From: Bacteroidetes bacterium UBA6161
Lineage (GTDB): Bacteria; Bacteroidota; Bacteroidia; NS11-12g; UBA955
NCBI GenBank assembly: GCA_002422315.1
Contig: DIUJ01000050.1
Span: 27-64,026, forward strand
DNA length: 64,000 nucleotides
Reading direction: 5' to 3'
The translations under genes were made by a program, and so were the position numbers. Shown in pieces: positions 46,475-55,303 of this stretch; position 1 is the first letter of the stretch, and the number at the start of each line of letters is the position of its first letter. The notes below the pieces were generated by a model. That model was not told the DNA's origin. It did no database searches and saw nothing but the letters and a program-made list of their open reading frames with translations.

Positions 46475-46644
46475 GCTCTCGCTCGCATCTTGAGAGTGTG
46501 AAATTTCTTTGCCTATGGGTTTATTATCGCTTCAAGAGTTTTGAACTCTTGAAGCGTTTTTGATAGAGGGTATGTTAAACTTTTAGAATTTATTAGTTCG
46601 CCAGAGGCGGTATGATAGATCACTCGCAAGATGCGAGCGATAGC
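46475..46644. repeat. Inverted-repeat-bounded element, copy E3 (170 bp)
   Basis: Left end GCTCTCGCTCGCATCTT (46475-46491). Right end AAGATGCGAGCGATAGC (46628-46644, 1 mismatch). The interior shares its first ~27 nt (past the terminal repeat, through 46518) and last ~40 nt with E2 but otherwise carries a 13-bp hairpin plus T-run. Confidence 0.8.
46528..46561 (+). terminator. Strong stem-loop plus T5 inside E3 (plus-strand orientation)
   Basis: CGCTTCAAGAGTT (46528-46540) / TTG / AACTCTTGAAGCG (46544-46556), followed by TTTTT. Confidence 0.55.
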
Positions 46645-46680
46645 TGGATGTCTATCAGATTGAAAAAATCTAATTTGATT

Positions 46681-47430
46681 TTATTGATTCAAAAAAGTGT
46701 AAGAAAACCCAAGGGTAGCGTAATGGAATAAGGTGAAATTATAGACTTGATTATTATCTGCTCCTCCTTCCAGAATGCGGTATCCTGCACGGATATCAAT
46801 ATTCTCTGACAGCTTATAGGTTGCAGCAATCAAAACATCCTCTGCCCTTCCCTGAGGTGCGGCAAGTGCATCGCCATCTAATAGCAAACCAAATCTATCA
46901 TTCACATTCCATTTAAGTCTAAAATTAATAATTGGTACAAATCCCACATTTGTTTTCGTAGCTTCTAACTGGCCTGAAGAGAGCGCAATCGACGCATCTC
47001 TGATCTTTGCTGTAAACCCTAACCCAAACTCAATCTTTTCTTTTTTTACAATATCGTACCTATACGTAAATCTATACGAGTTGAATTTATATGTACCTAG
47101 TATTGGGGAGTTGGCTGGAAAGATTTTGCCTTGAAAAAAAATATCATTTGCTACACTCCCTTCTGACTTGGTTTCGAGTGGCGCATATAATAATGAAAAT
47201 AAATGACGAGATTTAAGTGTATAATTCAACCTAATTCTATAAAAAGGTTCAGTCCTAGGAATTAGGTCGTCTTTAAATGAAAACAGAGTCCCCTTATCGC
47301 CCGGAATACTAACATTGTTATACCCTGTAAAAACAACTCCTGACTCCAAAACAATAAGCGCTTGAGCGCTGGTAGAGGATATTCCAATATAGAAAAGCAA
47401 TAGGGTTGTGAAGTAAAATACTATTTTCAT
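46681..47430 (-). CDS. Outer-membrane beta-barrel protein (uncharacterised family)
   Basis: Signal peptide ...GISSTSAQA, alternating amphipathic strands, near-C-terminal GFSYTF aromatic motif. Confidence 0.6.
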   Translation of the reverse strand: MKIVFYFTTLLLFYIGISSTSAQALIVLESGVVFTGYNNVSIPGDKGTLFSFKDDLIPRTEPFYRIRLNYTLKSRHLFSLLYAPLETKSEGSVANDIFFQGKIFPANSPILGTYKFNSYRFTYRYDIVKKEKIEFGLGFTAKIRDASIALSSGQLEATKTNVGFVPIINFRLKWNVNDRFGLLLDGDALAAPQGRAEDVLIAATYKLSENIDIRAGYRILEGGADNNQVYNFTLFHYATLGFSYTFLNQ

Positions 47431-47617
47431 TTTTTAAACTCTTTTAAAGATAAGTGCTGTTTGTTTACGTTAGGTTTTAGTATTTACTTTCAATGTTTCA
47501 CCGCACAATTCTTTTATGATATTGGCTTGTTCATTCATTTGTTTTTGTCGGCAATTTTGTTTTTTAAACAGCAATTTAACTTTAGTAGTTTTAAACAACG
47601 GAAGGTAAAATCAATTT

Positions 47618-48997
47618 CTATATTTTTATAAATTTCAAAAAAGAACTAAAGCCTCCTTTGATTATTTCTACATGATAAATACCCGGAGGAAAGTTCTCCG
47701 ATTCAATTGACAGTGCGTGTCTCCCTTCAGAATAAAGTTCTGAAGAATATGTTTTTATTAAAATACCATTTGAGCTAAAAATGCGCACTGAAACTAATTT
47801 GTTATTTGAAACATAAAATGACAATGTGCTTTCTCCATTACTAGGGTTTGGATAAAGTATATTTTTTTCTTCCAATTTAATACTTGCATGATCTATCGAA
47901 TTCGAAAGAGGTACACTTGAACGCAAAAGCACAAATCGATTTGGAGATTCGGTCATTGCATAGATCTTACCATCAGGCGCTTGTCTTACATCACGAAAAC
48001 GCGCATACCCATTCATGCTTCTTGTAGAAGATATTCTTTTGTTGTCTTTAAGTTTAAGCCAATGGATATGCGTGCCAGCCAATGCGCCAATTAATATATC
48101 TGCTTCATTATTTGCTTGGCCATTTCTTATAAAAGTCATTCCACTTGGAGCAATAGAGGGAACCCAATAAGTTAGTGGAAGTTCCATTCCAGGTAGTGTG
48201 GTATCAGGAGTAATAGGTGTTCCATTGTAGTTGATTCCAAAAGTTACAGCAGGCCAACCATAATTCGTGTTTGCTTTAATCAAATTGAGTTCGTCGCCAC
48301 CTCTAGGGCCATGTTCATGTGCGTATATTTCTCCTGTAGCAGGATTCATTGCCATGCCTTGGATATTTCGATTTCCCCATGTATAAATTTCAGGTTTTGC
48401 ATTGGCAACTCCAACTAATGGATTACTCGCGGGTACCGTTCCATCATCATTGAATCGCAATACTTTACCAAAATGGTTGCTTATGCTTTGCGCACTGTCT
48501 TGCACTCCACGATCTCCCACCGACATATAAAGAAAATTATTGTTATCAAAAACGATACGACTGCCAAAATGCTGACCAGAATTACGTATCGGTAAGGCTC
48601 TAAACAATTCTGTGAAATTTTGTAATTCATTGCCAACAAGCGTTCCCCTGCCTAAAGCGGTTGTTTGCCCTCCTGATGCCGCAACAGCATAGGTAAGATA
48701 AACAAAATTGTTGTTACTGAAATCTGGATGTAAGGCGATATCCAATAATCCCCCTTGTCCATTTTGTGAAACAGAGGGTACCCCACTTATCTCTTTCAGT
48801 GTCTCGGTAGAAATAGTAAAATGAAACACTTTCCCTTGTTTTTCTGTAAACAATACTTCGTCGCTATTAATAAACGTAAAGCCCCAAGGAGCTGCCATAT
48901 TATTAATCAATACTTTCTCTTCAAACAATTCTGGGACTTGTGCGTAACTTATATTTGCAAAGAATAACATTAGGACACATATTCTCTTCCAATTCAT
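47618..48997 (-). CDS. PQQ-dependent sugar dehydrogenase (soluble aldose/sorbosone dehydrogenase-like) with T9SS type A C-terminal domain
   Basis: Signal peptide MNWKRICVLMLFFANISYAQ. GGLLDIALHPDF, HFGSRIVF, WGNRNIQGMA, HEHGPRGGDELN, NYGWP motifs. C-terminal YPNPSNGESTLSF...GIYHVEI. Confidence 0.8.
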   Translation of the reverse strand: MNWKRICVLMLFFANISYAQVPELFEEKVLINNMAAPWGFTFINSDEVLFTEKQGKVFHFTISTETLKEISGVPSVSQNGQGGLLDIALHPDFSNNNFVYLTYAVAASGGQTTALGRGTLVGNELQNFTELFRALPIRNSGQHFGSRIVFDNNNFLYMSVGDRGVQDSAQSISNHFGKVLRFNDDGTVPASNPLVGVANAKPEIYTWGNRNIQGMAMNPATGEIYAHEHGPRGGDELNLIKANTNYGWPAVTFGINYNGTPITPDTTLPGMELPLTYWVPSIAPSGMTFIRNGQANNEADILIGALAGTHIHWLKLKDNKRISSTRSMNGYARFRDVRQAPDGKIYAMTESPNRFVLLRSSVPLSNSIDHASIKLEEKNILYPNPSNGESTLSFYVSNNKLVSVRIFSSNGILIKTYSSELYSEGRHALSIESENFPPGIYHVEIIKGGFSSFLKFIKI

Positions 48998-49190
48998 TTT
49001 AATTCTTTGCTTTAATTCAGATAAGATACTTGATTTTTTCATTTTTTGACTATCGTTTGTTGTTAATACATTTAAACATTGAATATAGGAAAGTATACTC
49101 AAAAACTATATTTTTCGTGCAAGTCCATTAAGTTCTTAGGAACCAACTCTAAGGACTTGGCATTAGATATATCTTCAATCGTTTTGGGTC

Positions 49191-50111
49191 CTATAGTTTC
49201 TGAACTTTTTTAATTAGTTTTTCTCCTTCAGGGGTACTTAGTTCTACGAAATACATTCCCGGTGGTAGTTCGCTAATGTCTAGTTTATTTGTGTTCAAAG
49301 AAGAAAGAACCTCTTTGCCCGTGGTAGTAAATATCTTTATCTCTTCAAGACTTATTTCAGAATCTACATATACGATTCCAGAACTAGGATTTGGATACAA
49401 TTTTACTTGAGAATGCAATATGCTGTTGTCTACAGAATTTATGGAGTTTGGTATGAGTCTATATACCATGCCATTTCTGGGCAATCCTCCAACTATAGGA
49501 GTTAAAGAATCGGGCAAATCGAAGCCAACACTTGGGTTGTTTGGGTCCTCATAAATCGTTACATTTTTAGATTCGTCAAAATTATTGAAAAAACAAACTG
49601 GAAGAAATCCATTGGCACCGGCCGAAACAACACTAGGACCAAAATGTACTTCTATCGTTCCATTTTCATACAACCACATTTGAAAACTTATGGAATCTGT
49701 GTCGTTTAAAGGGGGAACACCCAAAACATCTACATTGGCAATTTCAGCTTTAAAAATTTTACCATTTGGTGTTTGATCTGTTTGGTACCTTAAACCAGAA
49801 AATGAAACACGACTTTTCTTTTGATAGTAGGTGTAAAAAGGCATTAGAACCTCAAAGGTTGAAGGATTAAAATAGAAAAAGGCATCGTAATTTATAATTT
49901 TTGAAAAAGATTGTCCATAATAATTAAAGTTAAAACCTAAATCAATTTGAATATCTTGTAATTCATCGGCCAAAAAACTATCTACCACAGTGGCCCTATT
50001 CAACCTGTTGTAGTTGGTAGAGTCCAATTCGAAACGATAATAGTTTTGGGCAAATAAGCTTGTGCTAGAAATTGCTAGTAGTAAGCATAAATAGAGTAAT
50101 TTTTTCATCAT
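49191..50111 (-). CDS. Hypothetical secreted protein with T9SS type A C-terminal sorting domain
   Basis: Signal peptide MMKKLLYLCLLLAISSTSLFAQ at the internal ATG. C-terminal KLYPNPSSGIVYVDS...GMYFVEL. Confidence 0.7.
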   Translation of the reverse strand: MMKKLLYLCLLLAISSTSLFAQNYYRFELDSTNYNRLNRATVVDSFLADELQDIQIDLGFNFNYYGQSFSKIINYDAFFYFNPSTFEVLMPFYTYYQKKSRVSFSGLRYQTDQTPNGKIFKAEIANVDVLGVPPLNDTDSISFQMWLYENGTIEVHFGPSVVSAGANGFLPVCFFNNFDESKNVTIYEDPNNPSVGFDLPDSLTPIVGGLPRNGMVYRLIPNSINSVDNSILHSQVKLYPNPSSGIVYVDSEISLEEIKIFTTTGKEVLSSLNTNKLDISELPPGMYFVELSTPEGEKLIKKVQKL

Positions 50112-50166
50112 AATTTTGTTTAATCTAATAGACACAAGATTAAACAAAAAAGTTGTATTGAAAAAA

Positions 50167-51567
50167 TTATAATTCATAGGTAAATCCTTTGGATGCAATT
50201 TCAACTGGAGCAAAATCAATTCCTTGCTTAAGTGCAGCAGAGGAGAAAGGGTCGGCATGAACCAAGAATATTTTTTTGGTTATGGACCCACAGGTAAGTT
50301 TTAGATAATTTAATAGTCCCAAGTGATCGGGATGTGCCGAAAAAGCATCGGTTTTCTGAATAGAAGCCATAACCCTTCTTTCCTTGTGGTTTATAAACAC
50401 TGTTTGGCGGCCTTGTAAAAGTTGGTGCCCGAAGGTTCCTTCTGCACAAAAACCAGCAATAAGAATAGTGGAAAAAGCATTGGAAATGTTGTTTTTTACG
50501 TGTTCTTGTATTCTCCCTCCTTCTACCATGCCGGCAGCAGATATAATTACGCAGGGTTCATAATCTGTGCTTATGTATTCACTATGGGCTTTGTTTGCTA
50601 AGGAGTGTAAATTAGGAAAATTGAAAATCTCACCATATTGCTTGTAAAAATCTTGTGTTTCTTGGTCTAGTAGATTGATATATTGAGAGTACAATCCAGT
50701 AGTTTTAATAGCCAAAGGACTATCGGAATAAATTTTTATAGGTGGCAATTTGCCTTCGGCATACAGTTGGTGCAAGGTAAAAATAATAGCTTGTGTTCTT
50801 CCCACACTAAAAGCAGGTATAATTAATTTACCACTTAACCCCACACAAGTTTTTTGTATATGATGCAAGAGCACATCTTTGGGGTCGTTGTCTGCAGAAT
50901 GGTATCTTCCGCCATAAGTAGATTCGCTTACCAAAAAATCAGGAGAAGGCATAGGTTCTGGGTCTCTTACAAGTTTGGATTTATAATTACCCAAGTCTCC
51001 TGTAAAGCCTATTGTTTTCTTGGTATTCCCTTCCACTGTTTCCATAAAAACAGAAGCTGCTCCGAGTATATGTCCTGCATGGTAAAAAGTAAATTGTGTA
51101 TCTGAAAATAAAGAAACAGGTATGTGAAACTCTACTTCTCTAACCAATGCCATGGTTTGATGCAGATGTTTGTATTGGTATAAAAGAGGTTTGCTAGGTT
51201 TTTTTACTACTTTTTTACCTTTTCTAGTCATTTGTTTTTTCTGCGAATCCATTATCTGAATACTCAGTGAATCTTCTAACAAATGATAGGTCAACTCCTT
51301 GGTTGCAGCAGTACAAAAGATTGGCCCTTCAAAACCTTGACGAACTAGATTAGGCAAATTACCACAATGGTCTACATGGGCATGGGTTAATATAACTGCA
51401 TGAATTTTTTTAGGAGGAAAAGGGAAATGAAGGTTGTTTTCTACCAGTTCATTTTTGTTTTCATAGTTCAAACCACAATCTATCAATATATTTTTGCCAT
51501 TTGGCAATTCTAAGAGATGCATACTACCCGTAACAGTACCAGCAGCTCCCCAACAAGTCAATTTCAT
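50167..51567 (-). CDS. MBL-fold metallo-hydrolase with beta-CASP / RNA-specificity domain
   Basis: MKLTCWGAAGTVTGS, THAHVDHCG (HxHxDH), later SAH motif. -7 box TATATTTG (51573-51580, minus) lies 5 nt upstream of this ATG. Confidence 0.85.
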   Translation of the reverse strand: MKLTCWGAAGTVTGSMHLLELPNGKNILIDCGLNYENKNELVENNLHFPFPPKKIHAVILTHAHVDHCGNLPNLVRQGFEGPIFCTAATKELTYHLLEDSLSIQIMDSQKKQMTRKGKKVVKKPSKPLLYQYKHLHQTMALVREVEFHIPVSLFSDTQFTFYHAGHILGAASVFMETVEGNTKKTIGFTGDLGNYKSKLVRDPEPMPSPDFLVSESTYGGRYHSADNDPKDVLLHHIQKTCVGLSGKLIIPAFSVGRTQAIIFTLHQLYAEGKLPPIKIYSDSPLAIKTTGLYSQYINLLDQETQDFYKQYGEIFNFPNLHSLANKAHSEYISTDYEPCVIISAAGMVEGGRIQEHVKNNISNAFSTILIAGFCAEGTFGHQLLQGRQTVFINHKERRVMASIQKTDAFSAHPDHLGLLNYLKLTCGSITKKIFLVHADPFSSAALKQGIDFAPVEIASKGFTYEL

Positions 51568-51577
51568 TGTTGCAAAT

Positions 51578-51819
51578 ATAGCATTTAAACGCGATAACAG
51601 TATGAGGTTTTCCTTAAGCTTTATTCCTACATTTCTCCTGTAGCTCAGCCTTAATTCATTAGAGTGGTTGGTGGCAAACACCAACCACGGCGAAAAAGGA
51701 TAGCATTTAAACGCGATAACAGATGAGGTTTTCCTTAAGCTTTATTCCTACATTTCTCCTGTAGCTCAGCCTTGATTCATTAGAGTGGTTGGTGAAAAAC
51801 ACCAACCACGGCGAAAAAG
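51578..51819. repeat. Tandem duplication of a ~122-bp unit, each with a 10-bp perfect hairpin
   Basis: Copy 1 is 51578-51699 and copy 2 is 51700-51819, with one indel and a few mismatches. The hairpins are GTGGTTGGTG/loop/CACCAACCAC at 51664-51688 and 51785-51809. Confidence 0.9.
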
Positions 51820-51843
51820 CCATAATTCATCTTCCTTTACAAC

Positions 51844-51878
51844 AAAAAAGGGATTGTCTGTTATTGACAATCCCTTTT
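51844..51878 (-). terminator. Intrinsic terminator after the DUF2723 gene
   Basis: GGGATTGTC / TGTTATT / GACAATCCC flanked by A6 and T4. The A-run gives the U-tract for the minus-strand transcript. Confidence 0.75.
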
Positions 51879-51902
51879 CATTTATTGTTAAAATATTATT
51901 TC

Positions 51903-54900
51903 TTACATAATCCCAAGGCGATTGCCAAGTTCTAGGTATTTTGGAAGTTCGGTATTTATTTTAGCTGATACCTCCTTGTACCCAAATTCATCGCTACGGT
52001 CTTTTGCTAATTTCATAAAGTTAATCGCTTCTCTAAGATTGTAAAGTGCGAAATTGGTCATTTCCTTTCTACCTTCAAATTGCGCGAAATACTTGGCTGT
52101 TTTTACATTTCTTTCATACATTTCCAAGAAATGTTTGGCAGCCTTTTCTTTTTCACCTAACTCATGATAGGTTATAGCGGCATAGTATTTGGGTTGGTTG
52201 CGCATAGGTTGTACTTTTTCTGGTACAACTTTAAAAATCTTATCCAACAAGGCTGTCGACCTTTCTTTGTTCAATTTTAGCTGAGATTCAATATACTCTT
52301 TTCTACCTTCTGGTATGTTTGGCATATCTCCTCTGCCTGAATTAATTTGGTCTAGTTCGGCTTGTAGTTTTGAATTTCTATTTAGCAATTCATTTGCAAA
52401 TTGAACAAATACAGTTTGAAGATTTTGAGGCACCAATACTGCTTTATCATCCAAGTAGAAGTTTTCTTTTTCTGCCATGTTAGACCATCTAAATTTGTTC
52501 ATTAGATTGTCATACAAAATATCTTCTGGTATTCTGGAAGGTACTCCCCCTTCTGTGGCAGACTCTATTGGAACAAGCCTATAAGTTAGGCCTTCTAATT
52601 GCATGTATTTTTCAAGGCCATAGAAACCGCTTCTACCACTGGTTGTAGTAAAATAAATTGGTCTTTCCCAGCCTCTTTCTGCATTGGTAGCAAGTAGATT
52701 AAAGAATACCAAGTCGCCTTTGTGCATATAGCCTCTGTCGTAGTCTATGTTAAAGTAATTTACTATTTTAGAAGTATCTTTCATAGGAACTACGTTGTTT
52801 TTTATTACAGAATTTTTATCTACAGTGATTCTAAACTTACGCGCAGGCATAAAATTCACCATGTTACCTTCTCTGTCCATCACTCTTTTTTCAGGGCTAA
52901 GCATGTAGTCTTGAACAAAGCTATAGGGTAAATAAACATCCTGAGGCAAGTCTGTTCTGTTGTAGTACACCACTTCGTTGTTCCCTGCTCTCAAATCTTC
53001 TTTAGTTAGGGTAAGAGGAAGGGGCTCTGATTCGTATACTTTATCTAACAATATAGAAGAATACCAATCGGTAGGCAATAAACTCATGTTTATAACCCTT
53101 ACGTCTGTTCTAATTCCCTCTACATTTTGAGCATACCAAACAGGATAAGTATCGTTGTCTCCATTGGTAAATAAAATAGCATTTGGCGCACAGCTTTCCA
53201 AGTAATTTATGGCGAAATCTATACCCAATCTTCTACCAGATCTATCGTGGTCGTCCCAGCCTTGAGAAGCCATAAGAACAGGTACAGCAAGTAAGGAGGC
53301 TGCAGTAGCAGAAACAGCGGCAATGCTAGGTTTCGTAAATTTCTTAAGCCAATCTGCTATAAATATCACCCCAAGCCCTATCCATATAGTAAATACCTGA
53401 AAAGAACCTACTACAGCATAGTCCCTTTCACGAGGTTCAAAAGGAGGTTGATTTAAGAAAACTATGATTAATAAACCGGTATAAAGGAAAAAAACGAGGT
53501 TAACTATAAAATCATTTTTTCTTTTTTTAGCTTGAAAAACCATACCCAATACCCCTAACAATAAAGGTAGCATATAATATTTATTTCGAGCCTTGTTGTT
53601 TGCATAATCGTCTGGCAAATCGTTTTGTGGCCCTAACCTAACATTGTCTATAAACCCTATTCCACTTAACCAATTTCCTTCAAACTCTTTGTTGTGAGAA
53701 TGGCCTTGAATATCGTTTTGCCTACCGGCAAAATTCCATAAAAAGTATCTCCAATACATATAACCCATTTGGTAATTCAATGCAAATTGAAGATTTTGGG
53801 CAAAGGTTGGTTTTTGTTTGTCGAGTGCTTCGTATTGTTGTTGTAAAGAAGTAGGGTCTTGACCTTGTTGCTGGGCTTGGCGGATTTGATTTTCTAGCAT
53901 TTCCATTCTATTCTGAATTTCTTGCATCCCCGACCAATATCTGTATCCAGATGGACTACCATCTTTTTGCATGTCTCCCATTCTAGGTAAAAATGTTTGC
54001 ATAGTAGGGTCGTATTCATAATCTTGTTTTTTACCTACTGCAATGTATTTGTCTTCTCCTTTAGTGTAAATAGTACCTTTGTCTTTTGCATTAATTGGTC
54101 TGCCTGCGTTAAAATACGGTCCATACAGCAGTGGTCTGTCTCCATATTGTTCACGGTTTATATAGCTTAGTAAATTAAAAGGATCTGCAGGATTGTTCAT
54201 GTCGATAGGCGGATTGGCAGAAGAGCGAATAACCACCATTGTGTATGAAGAATAACCCAAAAGTATATAAGCCAAAGAGACAAATGCAAGATTTAAATTC
54301 TTTTTGTTTTTAATTTTAGAGTAAACAATACCAGCTATAACAGTGGCAATTATAAGTATGATAGCCACCATGCTACCTACACCAAAACCAAAACTTAATG
54401 TATTTACAAAAAACAGATCAAATACCGACATCAGTTTTGGAACCCCTGGTATTAAGAAATTTTGTACAAAAGTTAAAATTACGAAGCCAGAAAGGAAAGC
54501 TATAAATCCACCAAGCAAAGTTGGTTTTTCATACTTTTTGAAATAGTAAATGAACGCAACAGCAGGAATTACAAGTAAGCTTAACAAGTGAGTACCGATA
54601 GAAATACCTATTAAAAGTGCTATTAATACAAGCCATCTATCTGCGTAAGGGCTGTTGCTCCTCTCCCATCTTAGTGCAGCCCAGAAGGTAAGCATAGTAA
54701 AAAATGAAGAAAGTGCGTAAACCTCGGCTTCCACCGCAGAAAACCAAAAAGAATCCATAAAAGTAAGAGACAATGCACCAACTATTCCAGCACCAAAGGT
54801 TAGAATAGTTTGATCCGATGTTAAACTTTCCGAACCTTTTTTTAGTAATTTGCCTGCATAGTGGGTAATTATCCAAAAGGTAAACATTACAGCCATAGCA

Positions 54901-55160
54901 CTAGCCAAAGCACTCATCGTATTTACCATAAAGGCTACTTGTTCGGTTCCGGGAGCAAGCATAGAAAACAACCTACCCAACATTAGGAAAAATGGCGCAC
55001 CAGGAGGGTGAACCACCATAAGTTTGTAAGAAGCAGCAATAAACTCCCCGCAATCCCATAAACTTACCGATGTTTCTAGGGTTAATTCGTATACTACGAA
55101 AGCTACTAAACCAATAATCCAACCTAATAAATTATTGTAAAATTTAAATCCACGCATCAT
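51903..55160 (-). CDS. DUF2723 (TMEM260-like, putative glycosyltransferase) large membrane protein
   Basis: 1085 aa. N-terminal motif WDCGEFIAASYKLMVVHPPGAPFF, more than 10 TM helices, C-terminal soluble TPR-like region. Confidence 0.8.
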   Translation of the reverse strand: MMRGFKFYNNLLGWIIGLVAFVVYELTLETSVSLWDCGEFIAASYKLMVVHPPGAPFFLMLGRLFSMLAPGTEQVAFMVNTMSALASAMAVMFTFWIITHYAGKLLKKGSESLTSDQTILTFGAGIVGALSLTFMDSFWFSAVEAEVYALSSFFTMLTFWAALRWERSNSPYADRWLVLIALLIGISIGTHLLSLLVIPAVAFIYYFKKYEKPTLLGGFIAFLSGFVILTFVQNFLIPGVPKLMSVFDLFFVNTLSFGFGVGSMVAIILIIATVIAGIVYSKIKNKKNLNLAFVSLAYILLGYSSYTMVVIRSSANPPIDMNNPADPFNLLSYINREQYGDRPLLYGPYFNAGRPINAKDKGTIYTKGEDKYIAVGKKQDYEYDPTMQTFLPRMGDMQKDGSPSGYRYWSGMQEIQNRMEMLENQIRQAQQQGQDPTSLQQQYEALDKQKPTFAQNLQFALNYQMGYMYWRYFLWNFAGRQNDIQGHSHNKEFEGNWLSGIGFIDNVRLGPQNDLPDDYANNKARNKYYMLPLLLGVLGMVFQAKKRKNDFIVNLVFFLYTGLLIIVFLNQPPFEPRERDYAVVGSFQVFTIWIGLGVIFIADWLKKFTKPSIAAVSATAASLLAVPVLMASQGWDDHDRSGRRLGIDFAINYLESCAPNAILFTNGDNDTYPVWYAQNVEGIRTDVRVINMSLLPTDWYSSILLDKVYESEPLPLTLTKEDLRAGNNEVVYYNRTDLPQDVYLPYSFVQDYMLSPEKRVMDREGNMVNFMPARKFRITVDKNSVIKNNVVPMKDTSKIVNYFNIDYDRGYMHKGDLVFFNLLATNAERGWERPIYFTTTSGRSGFYGLEKYMQLEGLTYRLVPIESATEGGVPSRIPEDILYDNLMNKFRWSNMAEKENFYLDDKAVLVPQNLQTVFVQFANELLNRNSKLQAELDQINSGRGDMPNIPEGRKEYIESQLKLNKERSTALLDKIFKVVPEKVQPMRNQPKYYAAITYHELGEKEKAAKHFLEMYERNVKTAKYFAQFEGRKEMTNFALYNLREAINFMKLAKDRSDEFGYKEVSAKINTELPKYLELGNRLGIM

Positions 55161-55303
55161 TTTTCTGTTTTTTGAAGTGAAGCAGCGAAAATAATTAAAT
55201 TGTGCAAATTATCGTTAAAATTATGCTGTGTTTGTTTAATTAATTTTATCTCCTTGTATTTCTTAGGCTTAACAGGAATTTAAGCTACAGTATATAGCTT
55301 ATA

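Noticed and set aside
43086-46644. Target-site duplications flanking the E1/E2/E3 elements
   Set aside because: I compared the 4-10 nt on each side of all three copies and found no direct duplication. I therefore do not call them classical DDE-type MITEs, unlike the nested 145-bp element.
36950-47500. The accessory segment as a prophage, ICE or defence island
   Set aside because: No integrase, transposase, tRNA attachment site, phage structural genes or recognisable nuclease, ATPase or methylase defence genes are visible. Only repeats, paralogs and XRE regulators are present.
51637-51650. tRNA-like string CCTGTAGCTCAGCC (also in copy 2) suggesting a tRNA gene or fragment
   Set aside because: No acceptor stem or T-arm (GTTCGAATC-like) follows. 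The only strong stem (GTGGTTGGTG/CACCAACCAC) has a 5-nt loop without U33. It is therefore not a tRNA, at most a fragment or a coincidence.
55282-55300. Hairpin AAGCTA/TAGCTT downstream of coaE as a terminator
   Set aside because: The stem is only 6 bp and AT-rich, with no U-tract on the minus strand.
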